Below, one piece after another: positions 41,751-51,671 of a stretch of DNA of 64,000 nt (its first letter is position 1; each line of letters starts with the position of its first letter). Origin of the DNA: an uncultured Acidobacteriota bacterium (GTDB lineage Bacteria > Acidobacteriota > UBA6911); NCBI GenBank assembly GCA_963827655.1, contig CAWHCF010000022.1, positions 192,001-256,000 of the forward strand. The letters run 5' to 3'. The position numbers were made by a program, and so were the translations under genes. The notes under the pieces were generated by a model. That model made no database searches. It was not told the DNA's origin and worked only from the letters and a program-made list of their open reading frames with translations.

Positions 41751-44400
41751 TCATTCTCGCCGTAAGGCCACGACAGGATCCACCGCCGGTTGCGCGGCGC
41801 GCAGGCACAAAACTCGCAGCCCCGCCGACCAAAGCGATCAAGAGCAGTACGCTGATCAGAGTGGCTGGATCTGTCGGACTCACAGTGGAGGCCAGGAACA
41901 TCGCCAGGGGGCCTGTGGCCAGCGCAGCTATCGCCAGACCAATGACTCCTCCCACGCCGAGCAGAATCAGGCCATCCTTCAGAACCATCCACAGCACCAG
42001 CCCCCGCGATGCGCCCAGCGCCATCCGAATGCCGATCTCCGAGGTTCGCCGGCTCACCGCGTAGCTCATCACTCCGTAAAGTCCCACCATTGCGAGCAGC
42101 ATACCCAATCCACCCAGGCTCCCCAACACGAGGGCGCCGATTCGGCTGGGCCAGAATGCCCGGGAGACATGGTCACTCATGGTTTGAACCTCCACATCAG
42201 CCGAACGATCCAGGTCCGCGATGGCCCTTTTCGCCGGAGCCAGAGCCGCTGCCGGCGGGCCCGCGGTGCGAAGCAGGAGACTCCTGACCCGGCGTACCTG
42301 CTGAGGTTGTAAATACGACAGGTAGACCTGTGGTTCCGGCGCTTCTCCCGGCGAAAGGTACTTGCTGTCTGCAACGACACCCACGATCTCGAGGAATCGT
42401 CTGTCGCGGCCTTCGCCCTGGACGAGCCGCTTGCCGAGCGGATCGGCGTCCGGCACCGACTTGTCAGAACAGCGCCTGATAAAAGCCTCGTTGACGATCG
42501 CGACCGGAGCCACACCCTCGCGGTCGCCTGCCCCGAATTCCCGTCCGCGTAACACGGGTATCCCTAGCGTCTCAAAGTAACGGCGGCCGACGACGTTCAG
42601 GTAGGTTGCGACTCCAGGCCCATCCTCTTGCCCTTCCAGCCAGAGTCGGTCTCCCGATGTTGCAAAGCTGAGCGGAACGATGCCGGCACAGCTGGCCGAC
42701 TGAGCGCCGGGTACGGCTTCCAGCCGGTCCATGGCCTGTTCGAAAAACAACTTCTCCTGCTCGCCGGTGTGCTGCCCCCGGATCAGATTGACGCTGAGGA
42801 CCAGCGTGTGATCGACATCGAAACCGGGACGGGCGCCGCCGATTTCGAGCAGACTGCGAACAAACAAGCCCGCCGTCACGAGCAGCACCACTGAAACCGC
42901 GACCTGGCCGGCCACCAGGAAATTGCGGAGAGTAAACCGGCGATGACCGAATTCCTGAGCTTCGTCCTTGAGCGCGGGAACAAGACGCGAACGGGTGGCT
43001 TGAAGCGCCGGGACGAGGCCGCACAACAGCGAGGTGACCATCGCCAGCGACAGCGCGTAAAGCAACAGGCGAAAATCAGGCTCGAGTTGAAAGGTCATTC
43101 CCGAATCCGGTATCTGGATCCGATTCAGAACCATGTTGAGCCAGAGATTGAACAGCAGCGCGACACCGGATGCCAGGAGCGCAAGCACCATGGTTTCCAC
43201 TAATAGCTGTTGAACCAGCCGGCGACGGCTGGCCCCGAGCGCGAGCCTCATGGCAATTTCGCGGCGGCGGCTCACTCCGCGCGCCAACAACATGGACGCC
43301 ACATTGGCGCAAGCGATGACGAATACCAGGCTGACCACAAGGAACAACAGGCCGGCCAGGAACCAGACCTCGGCGTCATATTTCTCCAGCTTTTGAATTC
43401 CGGACATGGCGCGCGCGGCGGCCTGGCCGAAGTCCTTGTTCTGCTGCGGGTGTGCCTGCTCGAGACGCCTGGCGGCGGCCGTCAAGGCCGCCTCAGCCTG
43501 GCGCCGGCTGAGACCGGCGGGAAGCCGGCCAATTACGATAAAGAGGTTTTGATGGCGGTCCTGGAGCCCCGGGACGAGCAGTTCGCTCAGAGGCAGGTAT
43601 AGCTCCGGCGCTTCACCGAATTCCGCAACGGAGCGGTATTTCTCGGGCAATATCCCTATTACGGTGAACGGGCGGCCGTTTAGAGTCAGGTCACGGCCGA
43701 TGATGCCGGGCTCACTTCCTAGTCGCCGCTGCCAGAATTGGTGGCTCAACACCACCAGCTGGGGCTTCTGTTCCGGCTTTGCTTCCGCGTCGCGGAAGGT
43801 ACGCCCTCTGGCCGCCTGGACGCCAAGCACGTCGAAGAAGTTGCTTGTCACCAGATGGCTGCGAACAGTCCGGGGCACAGTCCCGGCGCTCCAGCTCTCC
43901 TGACTCAGCGTATACGCTGCCAGCCCATCGAAGATCCTGTTTTCCTGAAGATCGCGATAATTCGGGTACGACATCTGCCCGGATCGACCTGCTTCAATTC
44001 TCAGCAAGCGCCCCGGGTCGCGCGCTGACAGGTCCTTGAGAAAGACTTCATTGAACAGGTTGAAGATTGCCGTGTTCACGCCGATGCCCAGCGCCAGCGA
44101 GAGGATGGCCACCAGAGTGAAGCCAGGACTCTTTCGCAATGTCCGCGCGGAATAACGAAAGTCCCGCAGCAAGCTTTCCAGCGAAGTAAATCCCCACGTG
44201 TCGCGGCTGACCTCACGCAGGCGTGTCAGGTTCCCGAAAGCGCGTTGGGCCGCATAGTGCGCCTCTTCGGGAGAAGCACCCGTCTCCAGCTTCTCCCGAG
44301 TCTTCATCTCGATGTGGAAGCGCATCTCCTCATCCAACTCGCGGTCAAACCGGTCACGTCGCAGCAGAAGGAGTAGTCGCTTTAACAGGGTTCGGAACAT
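41751..44400 (-). CDS. ADOP-type permease 1 (frameshift near the 3' end; true end VDPVVALRRE*)
   Basis: MFRTLLKRL...[14 protein letters not shown], with ADOP motifs. Confidence 0.92.
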
Positions 44401-44408
44401 CTCATTTC

Positions 44409-44498
44409 CGATTTACGATTGACGATTTACGATTGACGATTGAAAAGCAGCGATGATCGATGCTTCAATCGTCAATCGTCAATCGTAAATCGTCAATC
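44409..44498. repeat. Heptamer inverted-repeat element E
   Basis: Between the padR stop and the ADOP1 start; about 4 units per arm. Confidence 0.95.
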
Positions 44499-44499
44499 C

Positions 44500-44823
44500 T
44501 CACGCGGTTTGGATCACGCGGGTGATCGCCTGAATCACCCGATCGAACTCCGAAAGCTCGACTGTGAGCTGCTTTCGTCCAGCCGGCGTGAGCCGGTAAT
44601 AGCGTGCCCGGCGGTTGTTTACCGAATGTCCCCAATCCGCCGCAACCCAGCCTTTGATCAGCAGCCGTTGCAGCGCCGGATACAGCGATCCCTCCTCAAC
44701 CTGGAGGACGTCGTCCGATATCTGCTGGATGTGTTGCGCAATTCCGTAGCCATGCATGACCCCGCGCGTGAGCGTCTTCAAAATCAGCATCTCCAGCGTT
44801 CCGGGCAGAAGCTCCGTTTTCAT
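44500..44823 (-). CDS. PadR-family transcriptional regulator (acidobacterial type associated with ADOPs)
   Basis: LLPGTLEMLILKTL...MHGYGIAQHI...EEGSLYPALQRL...NNRRARYYRLT. Confidence 0.95.
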   Translation of the reverse strand: MKTELLPGTLEMLILKTLTRGVMHGYGIAQHIQQISDDVLQVEEGSLYPALQRLLIKGWVAADWGHSVNNRRARYYRLTPAGRKQLTVELSEFDRVIQAITRVIQTA

Positions 44824-44834
44824 CGAGTGGGTTC

Positions 44835-44885
44835 CTCCCATAGATTATCTTTGGGAGTATGATTCAAAGAACGAAACAGTGTCAA
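44835..44885 (-). promoter_or_regulatory. padR promoter with overlapping palindromic operator
   Basis: TTGACA (44885-44880), N18, CATACT (44861-44856). The palindrome CTCCCA-T-AGA-TTA-TCT-T-TGGGAG (44835-44857) spans the -10, +1 and RBS. Confidence 0.75.
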
Positions 44886-44926
44886 CAGGAGTTCAATTAT
44901 TTTGCATAGCTCATCGATGGGAGATT

Positions 44927-44961
44927 CGATTGACGATTTACGATTGACGATTGACGATTGA
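44927..44961. repeat. Solo heptamer arm F, (CGATTKA)5
   Basis: One arm only, upstream of the padR promoter. Confidence 0.9.
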
Positions 44962-44990
44962 ACTAGCGGCTTGGCGGTGGGGCGTCTGTC

Positions 44991-46715
44991 TTACCGCGGG
45001 CGAAGGATGAGTTCCCTTTGAGCGGCGGACCAGCCCAGCAGCCGCTGGGTGTACGGATCGATGCGCTCGGGAAAGCGGGCTGAAAGATCGTTTCGTTCTT
45101 CGGGATCCAACCTTAGATCGAAGAGCTTCGTTCGTCCCGCGCCCAGCTCGTAAATGAATTTCCATTCCCGATCGCGCAGGCCCAGGAATCCCAGAGAGTA
45201 GTCGGTGAAGAAGAGAGCCATTCGCTCCTGCGCCTCCAGCAAGGACTGACCCTGGTACGAAGCCGGGAGCGGAAGACCCAGCAGATCCAGTATTGTGGGC
45301 GCAATATCGATCAGGCTGGCTACCCGGCTTACGCGGCGAGCTTCGCAGACGCCAGGCGCCGCCAGGATGAAGGGCACACGCACATTTTCGTCGTACACGA
45401 GAAACGTGTGTCCATAATTACCTTCGTGCTGGCCGAAGGCCTCACCATGGTCACCGAAAATCACAAACAGGGTGTTTCGATCCCGGCGTCGTTGTGCCAA
45501 CCCCTCCAGGAGCGTCCCTAACGCCGCATCAGCATCGAAGAGCGCGTTTCGATAGCGGCCTGTCTCGTCGTGTTCCGGAAATGGACCCTCGCCTGATGAC
45601 TCATAGGGATGATGTCCCGCGATCGGAAGATAGGTGACGAAAAACGGCTGGTCCGCCGGGATCGCGTCAATCCAGGTGAGAATCCGGCGCACCGCGGACG
45701 TTTCGTCGATACCAAAGCTGGAGTCGTGCTCGCCTCCGATGTCACCCGCGTCCTCCAGCGTGTGGAAACCCCGATTGCGAATGATCGCATTCATCCCCAG
45801 GTACATGAATCGTCCCGAGTGGAACAGAGCGGTCCGGTATCCGGCGCCTGCAAGAACGGATGCAATCGAAGGATAATTCACGCCTTCGTAGGTCCGAGGC
45901 TCGGTGTCGACCGCAGGGTAGACCGAGCACAGCACGGAAAACAGACCCTTGATACTTTCGGGATAGACTGCGTAAGCGTTCTCGAAAAGTACTGCCTCAC
46001 GGGCCAGTCTGGTCAGGTGCGGCATTGGATCTTCAACCGCGCCATAGGGCCGCAGGTACCTGGCTCCGGCGGATTCGAGAATCACGAGGACGACGTTGCG
46101 ACCCGCGGCGGCGCCTCGATAGCTTGTAAGGTCTTCCGAGTCCCTGGTGCCGCCGGGACTCGCCCGCCACTCGGCGACAAGCCGTTTCGCTTCGACGCGC
46201 GGGACCGCGGTGGTAATGAGTACCGCTAAAACGTTGCGATCAAGCCCGAGGGTCTCGATGCGCCGGCTGGCGCTGATGCCGAACGGAACACAGATGAGCG
46301 CCACGACGGCCGACAGGGCAAAGACACGTGGCGGGACCCAGCGCGCCAGGAGCGGAAAGAGAGCGCCGGCAAGGAAAACCAGGAGAATCAGCGCCAGGTT
46401 CTCCCACCGCAAGTGGTACGCGATAGAGTCGGCGAGCGGCGCGCCGGCGGCGCGCAGCACCGGCCAGGTCAACGGTGTCGACAGCACGCGAGTCACCGGG
46501 ACGTTGATGGCCGTGTAAAGGACGATAGTCGCGTATGCGCTCCACGCAATTGAAGGTCGCCGCAGCCCGCGATCGATTGCGGCGAACAGAAGCGCAACCA
46601 GAAGGTCCTGCCAGAGATACGCTGCCGGCGTCCACAATGAAACGGGTATATCGCGCCCGGCCAGAATCAACATCTTCGCCAGCGCAAATACACCGAACAG
46701 GCTCGCAGCTCTCAC
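44991..46715 (-). CDS. Membrane-anchored sulfatase/LTA-synthase-like alkaline phosphatase superfamily protein
   Basis: About 5 N-terminal TMs, NVVLVILES, YPESIKG (no CxPxR), GHHPY, GDHGEAFG.H. Confidence 0.8.
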   Translation of the reverse strand: MRAASLFGVFALAKMLILAGRDIPVSLWTPAAYLWQDLLVALLFAAIDRGLRRPSIAWSAYATIVLYTAINVPVTRVLSTPLTWPVLRAAGAPLADSIAYHLRWENLALILLVFLAGALFPLLARWVPPRVFALSAVVALICVPFGISASRRIETLGLDRNVLAVLITTAVPRVEAKRLVAEWRASPGGTRDSEDLTSYRGAAAGRNVVLVILESAGARYLRPYGAVEDPMPHLTRLAREAVLFENAYAVYPESIKGLFSVLCSVYPAVDTEPRTYEGVNYPSIASVLAGAGYRTALFHSGRFMYLGMNAIIRNRGFHTLEDAGDIGGEHDSSFGIDETSAVRRILTWIDAIPADQPFFVTYLPIAGHHPYESSGEGPFPEHDETGRYRNALFDADAALGTLLEGLAQRRRDRNTLFVIFGDHGEAFGQHEGNYGHTFLVYDENVRVPFILAAPGVCEARRVSRVASLIDIAPTILDLLGLPLPASYQGQSLLEAQERMALFFTDYSLGFLGLRDREWKFIYELGAGRTKLFDLRLDPEERNDLSARFPERIDPYTQRLLGWSAAQRELILRPR

Positions 46716-47838
46716 CGAAGCACCAGATTCAGCCGCTTGAGCAGAAAGACAGATATTAGCGCGGTGGTTGGGTGCCGGCGCCAGATCCAGTCATGAATTA
46801 CTACCGCGGAGACGGGAGGATGGCGGTACAGCGAAGCCCGATCGCCAACATAGGAAAGCGGGATCACGAGCAAATCGAAACCGGCATGCTGTCTGGAGTC
46901 GTAGCGAGCGTTGATGAAATCCACTTCCCTATCCAGAAACCCGCGCGCCAGCGTAATGTTATGGGCGCTTGCATCTATGACGACAAACCGGGCCTCCGGC
47001 AAGAGACGCTGGAGAATCAGAACCGTTCGAGGAAACAAGCCTCCGCCTACAATGGCCACGTCGCTGACTGCGGGCAGCTTCGGCAGCAGCCGCCGGAAAG
47101 CTCGCTCGTGTCTGGCCAGCACGAATTTCTGAAGCGCCGGGGAACATAAAACCCGCCGCTCCAGCGACTCGAGCCTAGCTGCATCGAGCCAGCGCAGCAC
47201 GGCCGGCCATCGGCTGGCCGGCGTTGTCTCCAAGCGGTGTACCGGCAGCCGCGACCAGTGGATGCCAGGATTCGCATGATGCTCGGCATGGTAACCATCA
47301 TTGAAAAACAGAAGGTTGTAGAGCCTGCCTGTGTGATTGATGATCCCGAGCTCGTGCTCGTAGTAACCGTGCACGGCGCAGAGTGCAAGGCCGGCGGCGT
47401 ACCCGGGCAGATAAACCGACAGGAAAAAAACGGGCGCCAGGTTCAGCATTGCAATCCAGATCGAAGCCACCAGCCCGATCTCGATGAACGCCTCCGGACT
47501 CGCTCTGAAGCGCCACGGCGGCCGGCATGATGCGCCAGATGTCTTTCGCGCCAGATCGACTGCGGGATGCCGAGCAACAGGCTGAGGTAAGACGAGAAAA
47601 GCGCATTCAACCAGCGGCTGCGGAAGAAGGGATTGTGAATGAAATTATGAGAAATGGTGTTCGAGTTCCACCAGACCCCGAGAGCCACGACCGGCGCGAA
47701 CGGCGCCAGCATCAGGACAACGCCATGAATTCCGGCCAGAACGATGAAGATTCCGTCCGGCTCGTGAACCACCAGGGGTCGAAGACACCAGGACATCAGG
47801 AGACTTCCTTCGTGTCTTCGTGACATAGCGGTTAGCAT
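46712..47838 (-). CDS. Fatty acid desaturase-like protein fused to a Rossmann-like C-terminal domain (frameshift near 47500; start uncertain)
   Basis: His boxes HNFIH, HLAHH and NDGYHAEHH; C-terminal VAIVGGGLFPRT...VVIDASAHN. Confidence 0.7.
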
Positions 47839-47854
47839 CGGCGGCTCTGGTCAA

Positions 47855-48087
47855 GGGTTCGCGCAGAAATAAGTTCGCATTCTGCTGCAGGCCCCCAGGC
47901 CCGCTGGCGAGGCGCGAGCGACGATGCGTACCCGGTGCGGTACGTGAGGAGCGAGCAACAAAGCCAGCGGGCCTGCGGGCCGCAGCCCGAAGGGGCGCGA
48001 TCCTCAGCATGCTTAGCAAACAGAAACCGGTTCATGATTGACCACCGACCCTCGCGCCAGAATGTGAAGTTATTTCTGCGCGAGCCC
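47855..48087. mobile_element. MITE copy 2 (233 bp)
   Basis: Same length and orientation as 24182-24414, with only a few substitutions. Confidence 0.9.
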
Positions 48088-48545
48088 TAAGATCTTCTCA
48101 GCGCCAACAGCTCTTTGACGGCGGGGTTGCTGGTATCGACCCTCATCTTTTGCATTCCGAACCCGATCGGATAGGCGTCCGGTGAGGCCGGCTTTTCCTC
48201 CGGCTTTCGGATCCGGCCGGTAGGAATGTACCGGCCGCCAAAGCCCACGCACTGGGAGGTTCCTGCGACTCTCTTCAGATCGGCAAACTCCTTCCTCGAA
48301 GCATCCGGCTCGTTTTTATTGAGCTCGTAGTACATGTATCCTCGCACCGGCGATTCATAGATCTCGCCCCGACCCGTCGCGAGGCTGAACGCTCCCCAAA
48401 TCTGAATGCGCTCAGGTGCTGCGTCATTCGGCTCGAGGACCACTTTGTCAACCAGCGCATAGATACCTACGGGATCGCTGGCCATTGCCGGTAGACTCAG
48501 CCCGAGAATCGCCATCACGGTTGCTGCGAATCGAATGCCGTTCAT
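48087..48545 (-). CDS. Secreted hypothetical protein
   Basis: GGAGG RBS and signal peptide (AMA-S); its TAG stop uses the terminal base of the MITE. Confidence 0.7.
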   Translation of the reverse strand: MNGIRFAATVMAILGLSLPAMASDPVGIYALVDKVVLEPNDAAPERIQIWGAFSLATGRGEIYESPVRGYMYYELNKNEPDASRKEFADLKRVAGTSQCVGFGGRYIPTGRIRKPEEKPASPDAYPIGFGMQKMRVDTSNPAVKELLALRRS

Positions 48546-48686
48546 AGAAAGACCTCCGGGGTTGATTAACTTCGTTCGGTCATTCTAGACGACCGCGCCA
48601 GCGCGAACGTTAACCTGAAATTTTTAAATCGACGCCTGCGAATGATGTAGATTGGTGGTTACGGTTCGAGTCCAGCGTTACCGGAC

Positions 48687-48796
48687 ATGACAAATGAAAA
48701 ATGACAAATGACCAATGTGGGCAGTCTTACGGATCCCGTGCCAGCCGGCCGGCTTCCCATTTGTCATTTTTCATTTTTCATCTTTCATTTGTCATT
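48687..48796. repeat. Heptamer inverted-repeat element, inverted copy of 8959-9070
   Basis: Spacer TGTGGGCAGTCTTACGGATCCCGTGCCAGCCGGCCGGCTTCCC matches the reverse complement of the 8989-9031 spacer with a few differences. Confidence 0.88.
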
Positions 48797-48834
48797 CCTT
48801 GAATTCACCGTTCGAGAAGTACACGCTTGGGACG

Positions 48835-50196
48835 ATGAAAGCACCCACGCCCGAGAATAATCGTACGCCCGGACCCCAGGATCCGTCGCTTCCTCGAGTC
48901 GTCATCATCGGAGCCGGCTTCGGCGGATTAGCTGCGGCTCGTTCACTCAGGCGAATGAAGGCGCAGATCACGGTTGTTGATCGCCGCAACCACCACCTGT
49001 TTCAGCCGCTTCTTTACCAGGTCGCAATCGCCGGCCTCTCGCCCGCCGATATAGCGGCGCCCATCCGTTCAATCCTTCGCCGGCAAAGGAATGCTACGGT
49101 TCTGCTGGCCGAGGCAATCGGCTTCAATCTTGCTGACCGGGTTGTCGTCTTGAACGACGGCAACCTCGAATACGATTACCTGATTCTCGCCACCGGCGGC
49201 CGGACCAGCTACTTCGGCAACGATCATTGGGAAACCTACGCCCCCGGCTTGAAAGATCTGGATGACGCGGTCGAGATCCGGCGCCGGGTTCTGCTCGCCT
49301 TTGAAGCTGCAGAACGGGAACCCGATTCGGCGCGGCGACGCGAGCTACTGACTTTCGTGGTGGTCGGGGGCGGTCCCACGGGCGTCGAACTGGCGGGAGC
49401 CATTGCGGAGTTATCGCGCTTCGTGCTGGCCTCCGATTTTCGCTGCATCGATCCGCGAGAAACCGAGATCCTGCTGGTTGAGGCCAGCGACGGCATCCTT
49501 GACACATTCCCGCGCGATCTTTCTCGCAGCGCCCAGGCGCAGCTCCAGCGACTGGGCGTGAAAATACGGCTCGGCTCAAGGGTAACCAACGTCACCGAAG
49601 CGGGGGTTCACCTCGGAGAGGCCTTGATTCGAACGGCGACTGTGATCTGGAGCGCGGGTGTCCGCTCAACCTCTCTGACCGAGCGGCTCGGGGTTCCCCT
49701 CGATCGAGCCGGGCGCGTTCTGGTTGAACCCGATCTTACTCTGCCCGGACATAAGGAGGTCTTCGCGATCGGCGACATGGCCTCATTTCTGCACCAGAAC
49801 GGGAAGCCGCTGCCTGGGATCAGCCCGGTGGCGATCCAGATGGGCAAGTGCGCCGCGCGCAACATCCGGCGTTCGATCGAAGGAAAGCCGCGCGAACCCT
49901 TCCACTACTTCGACCGGGGGACCATGGCTACGATCGGGCGCTCCGCCGGTATCGCCGATGTAGGCAAATTGCATCTCAGCGGTTTCATCGCCTGGCTCGC
50001 CTGGCTCCTGGTTCACATTTACTTCCTGATCGGCTTCCGAAATCGAATCGTTGTGCTTTTCAACTGGGCTTGGTCCTATTTTACTTACCAGCGGGGCGCT
50101 CGGCTGATCACCGGCCGCAGGTTAGGCGTGCTGCCGTCATCAGTACCTCGAGACTCACAAGCCCCGGATAACGAAGGTGAATACATGGTGCGGTGA
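48835..50196 (+). CDS. ndh: Type II NADH:quinone oxidoreductase (NDH-2)
   Basis: GAGFGG, HLFQPLLYQVA, VVVGGGPTGVELAG, AIGD, GTMATIGR. Confidence 0.92.
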   Translation: MKAPTPENNRTPGPQDPSLPRVVIIGAGFGGLAAARSLRRMKAQITVVDRRNHHLFQPLLYQVAIAGLSPADIAAPIRSILRRQRNATVLLAEAIGFNLADRVVVLNDGNLEYDYLILATGGRTSYFGNDHWETYAPGLKDLDDAVEIRRRVLLAFEAAEREPDSARRRELLTFVVVGGGPTGVELAGAIAELSRFVLASDFRCIDPRETEILLVEASDGILDTFPRDLSRSAQAQLQRLGVKIRLGSRVTNVTEAGVHLGEALIRTATVIWSAGVRSTSLTERLGVPLDRAGRVLVEPDLTLPGHKEVFAIGDMASFLHQNGKPLPGISPVAIQMGKCAARNIRRSIEGKPREPFHYFDRGTMATIGRSAGIADVGKLHLSGFIAWLAWLLVHIYFLIGFRNRIVVLFNWAWSYFTYQRGARLITGRRLGVLPSSVPRDSQAPDNEGEYMVR

Positions 50197-50282
50197 AGCC
50201 CAAGAAGCGCGATTTTAGCTCGGGCCAAACTGAGAATTTATCCCTCAGGTTGCTATTGTGAACACCCGTTGCGTAGCAGGCA

Positions 50283-50385
50283 AGCTGTCAGCGCTCAGCC
50301 CTCAGCGCCAGCGCACCATCGAGGTGAAACGCATGCCGACCGCACTCATCCAAAGCTGAACGCTGACCGCTGATCGCTGAAAGCT
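50283..50385. repeat. Heptamer inverted-repeat element, (AGCNNTC)n-spacer-(GCTGANN)n
   Basis: AGCTGTC AGCGCTC AGCCCTC AGC ... GCTGAAC GCTGACC GCTGATC GCTGAAA GCT. Confidence 0.75.
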
Positions 50386-50434
50386 CAAGATTTCAAGTAT
50401 CCGTGGCTGTTTTTAGTAAATTATTAGGTTTCTG

Positions 50435-51445
50435 ATGCAAGAAGGCCACTACCCAGACGCAAAAACACCCGGAGCCGTCCTCTTGATGTTGGGTGTCTTT
50501 TTGTCCCTGCGTCTTTGTGGCTATGCTGAAGACCGCGATCATTACGAGATACGCGGGAAAATAATCCAGCAAGACCGGAAGGGTGGCCGACAGGCGCTGC
50601 CTCTGGTTTTCATCCATGGTTCCGTTACGCCCTATACCGCCCGCACAGTTGCCGATGCCGGCGGAAACTTCAAATTCAAGGAGTTGCGTCCGGGAACTTA
50701 TACGCTCGTCGTTGCCGTGCCGCGGCAGGGAGAAAAGCAGCAGACGATCGACGTGGGTCCGACCCTCGCCGATTCAAAAGGACGGGTCGATGTGACCATT
50801 CAGTTTGAGCGCAGACTTCCTTCGGAAGAGTCTCGTGCCGTCGCCGCCACACAACTGTCCGTTCCTGACAGGGCGCGAAGGGAGTATGAAAAGGCGCAGG
50901 AACGTTTGGGACAGCATGACGTTCCGGGTGCGATCCAATATCTCAAGAATGCTCTGGATCTGGCTCCGCAGTTTTCGGCCGCGTGGAATAATCTTGGAAC
51001 TATTGCTTATCAATCGGGTGAATACGGAAACGCCGAGAAGCACTTTCGCGAAGCGCTGCGCCACGACCCGGATTCTTATGCGCCGCTGGTGAACCTTGGC
51101 GGGGCGCTTCTCTCGTTGAACCGGCCCGAAGAGGCTCTGCCGATTAATCTCGAGGCCGTGAAAGAGCGGCCCGACGACGCGCTGGCGCACTCACAGCTGG
51201 GGCAGAGTTATCTCCGGGTTGGCCAGATCGAACCGGCCGAGCAACACCTGAAGCAGGCCAAGGCCCTCGACGTCCGGCATTTCTCCTTTCCTCAGCTGGT
51301 GCTGGCGGAGATCTACGCGCGCAAGGAGGACTATGCGGCGTTCGTCTCCGAACTGGAGGAGTTTCTGCGCTATCACCCCGATTCGAAGCTCGTTCCCGGC
51401 GTCAGTCAAGCCTTGGAAAAAGTCCGGGCGACGATCAACCGGTAG
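50435..51445 (+). CDS. Carboxypeptidase-regulatory-like domain + TPR protein (start uncertain)
   Basis: TVADAGGNFKFKELRPGTYTL followed by TPRs (AWNNLG...). Confidence 0.8.
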   Translation: MQEGHYPDAKTPGAVLLMLGVFLSLRLCGYAEDRDHYEIRGKIIQQDRKGGRQALPLVFIHGSVTPYTARTVADAGGNFKFKELRPGTYTLVVAVPRQGEKQQTIDVGPTLADSKGRVDVTIQFERRLPSEESRAVAATQLSVPDRARREYEKAQERLGQHDVPGAIQYLKNALDLAPQFSAAWNNLGTIAYQSGEYGNAEKHFREALRHDPDSYAPLVNLGGALLSLNRPEEALPINLEAVKERPDDALAHSQLGQSYLRVGQIEPAEQHLKQAKALDVRHFSFPQLVLAEIYARKEDYAAFVSELEEFLRYHPDSKLVPGVSQALEKVRATINR

Positions 51446-51671
51446 CGGTGATGGCCCGCACGGACTATCCGCTCGACCACTCACAGAGCCGGGGAAAAAT
51501 GCCCTGCCTTTGTATTCGATCCGGCTCTCCAAACGTTTTTGGGTACCTGCTCCTTGTCAACTAATCCCAAACGTCGCTAAGATTTATCTTGAGGTTGACT
51601 CTCAGGTACACCGTTTGCTCTCCGTAAAAAGGTATTCCTGCACGCAGTCAACGAGAATAAGGAGGCAAGTG

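Noticed and set aside
33266-44961. CRISPR array or true integron interpretation of the regularly spaced repeats
   Set aside because: The units are 7-nt tandem repeats separated by 2.7-kb genes. There are no 23-47 bp repeats with short spacers, no cas genes, no integrase and no RYYYAAC/GTTRRRY attC boxes.
48715-48834. N-terminal extension of NDH-2 (FPFVIFHFSSFICH) and similar SSIVNRQSS peptides elsewhere
   Set aside because: These are translations of the heptamer repeats; the likely start is the ATG at 48835.
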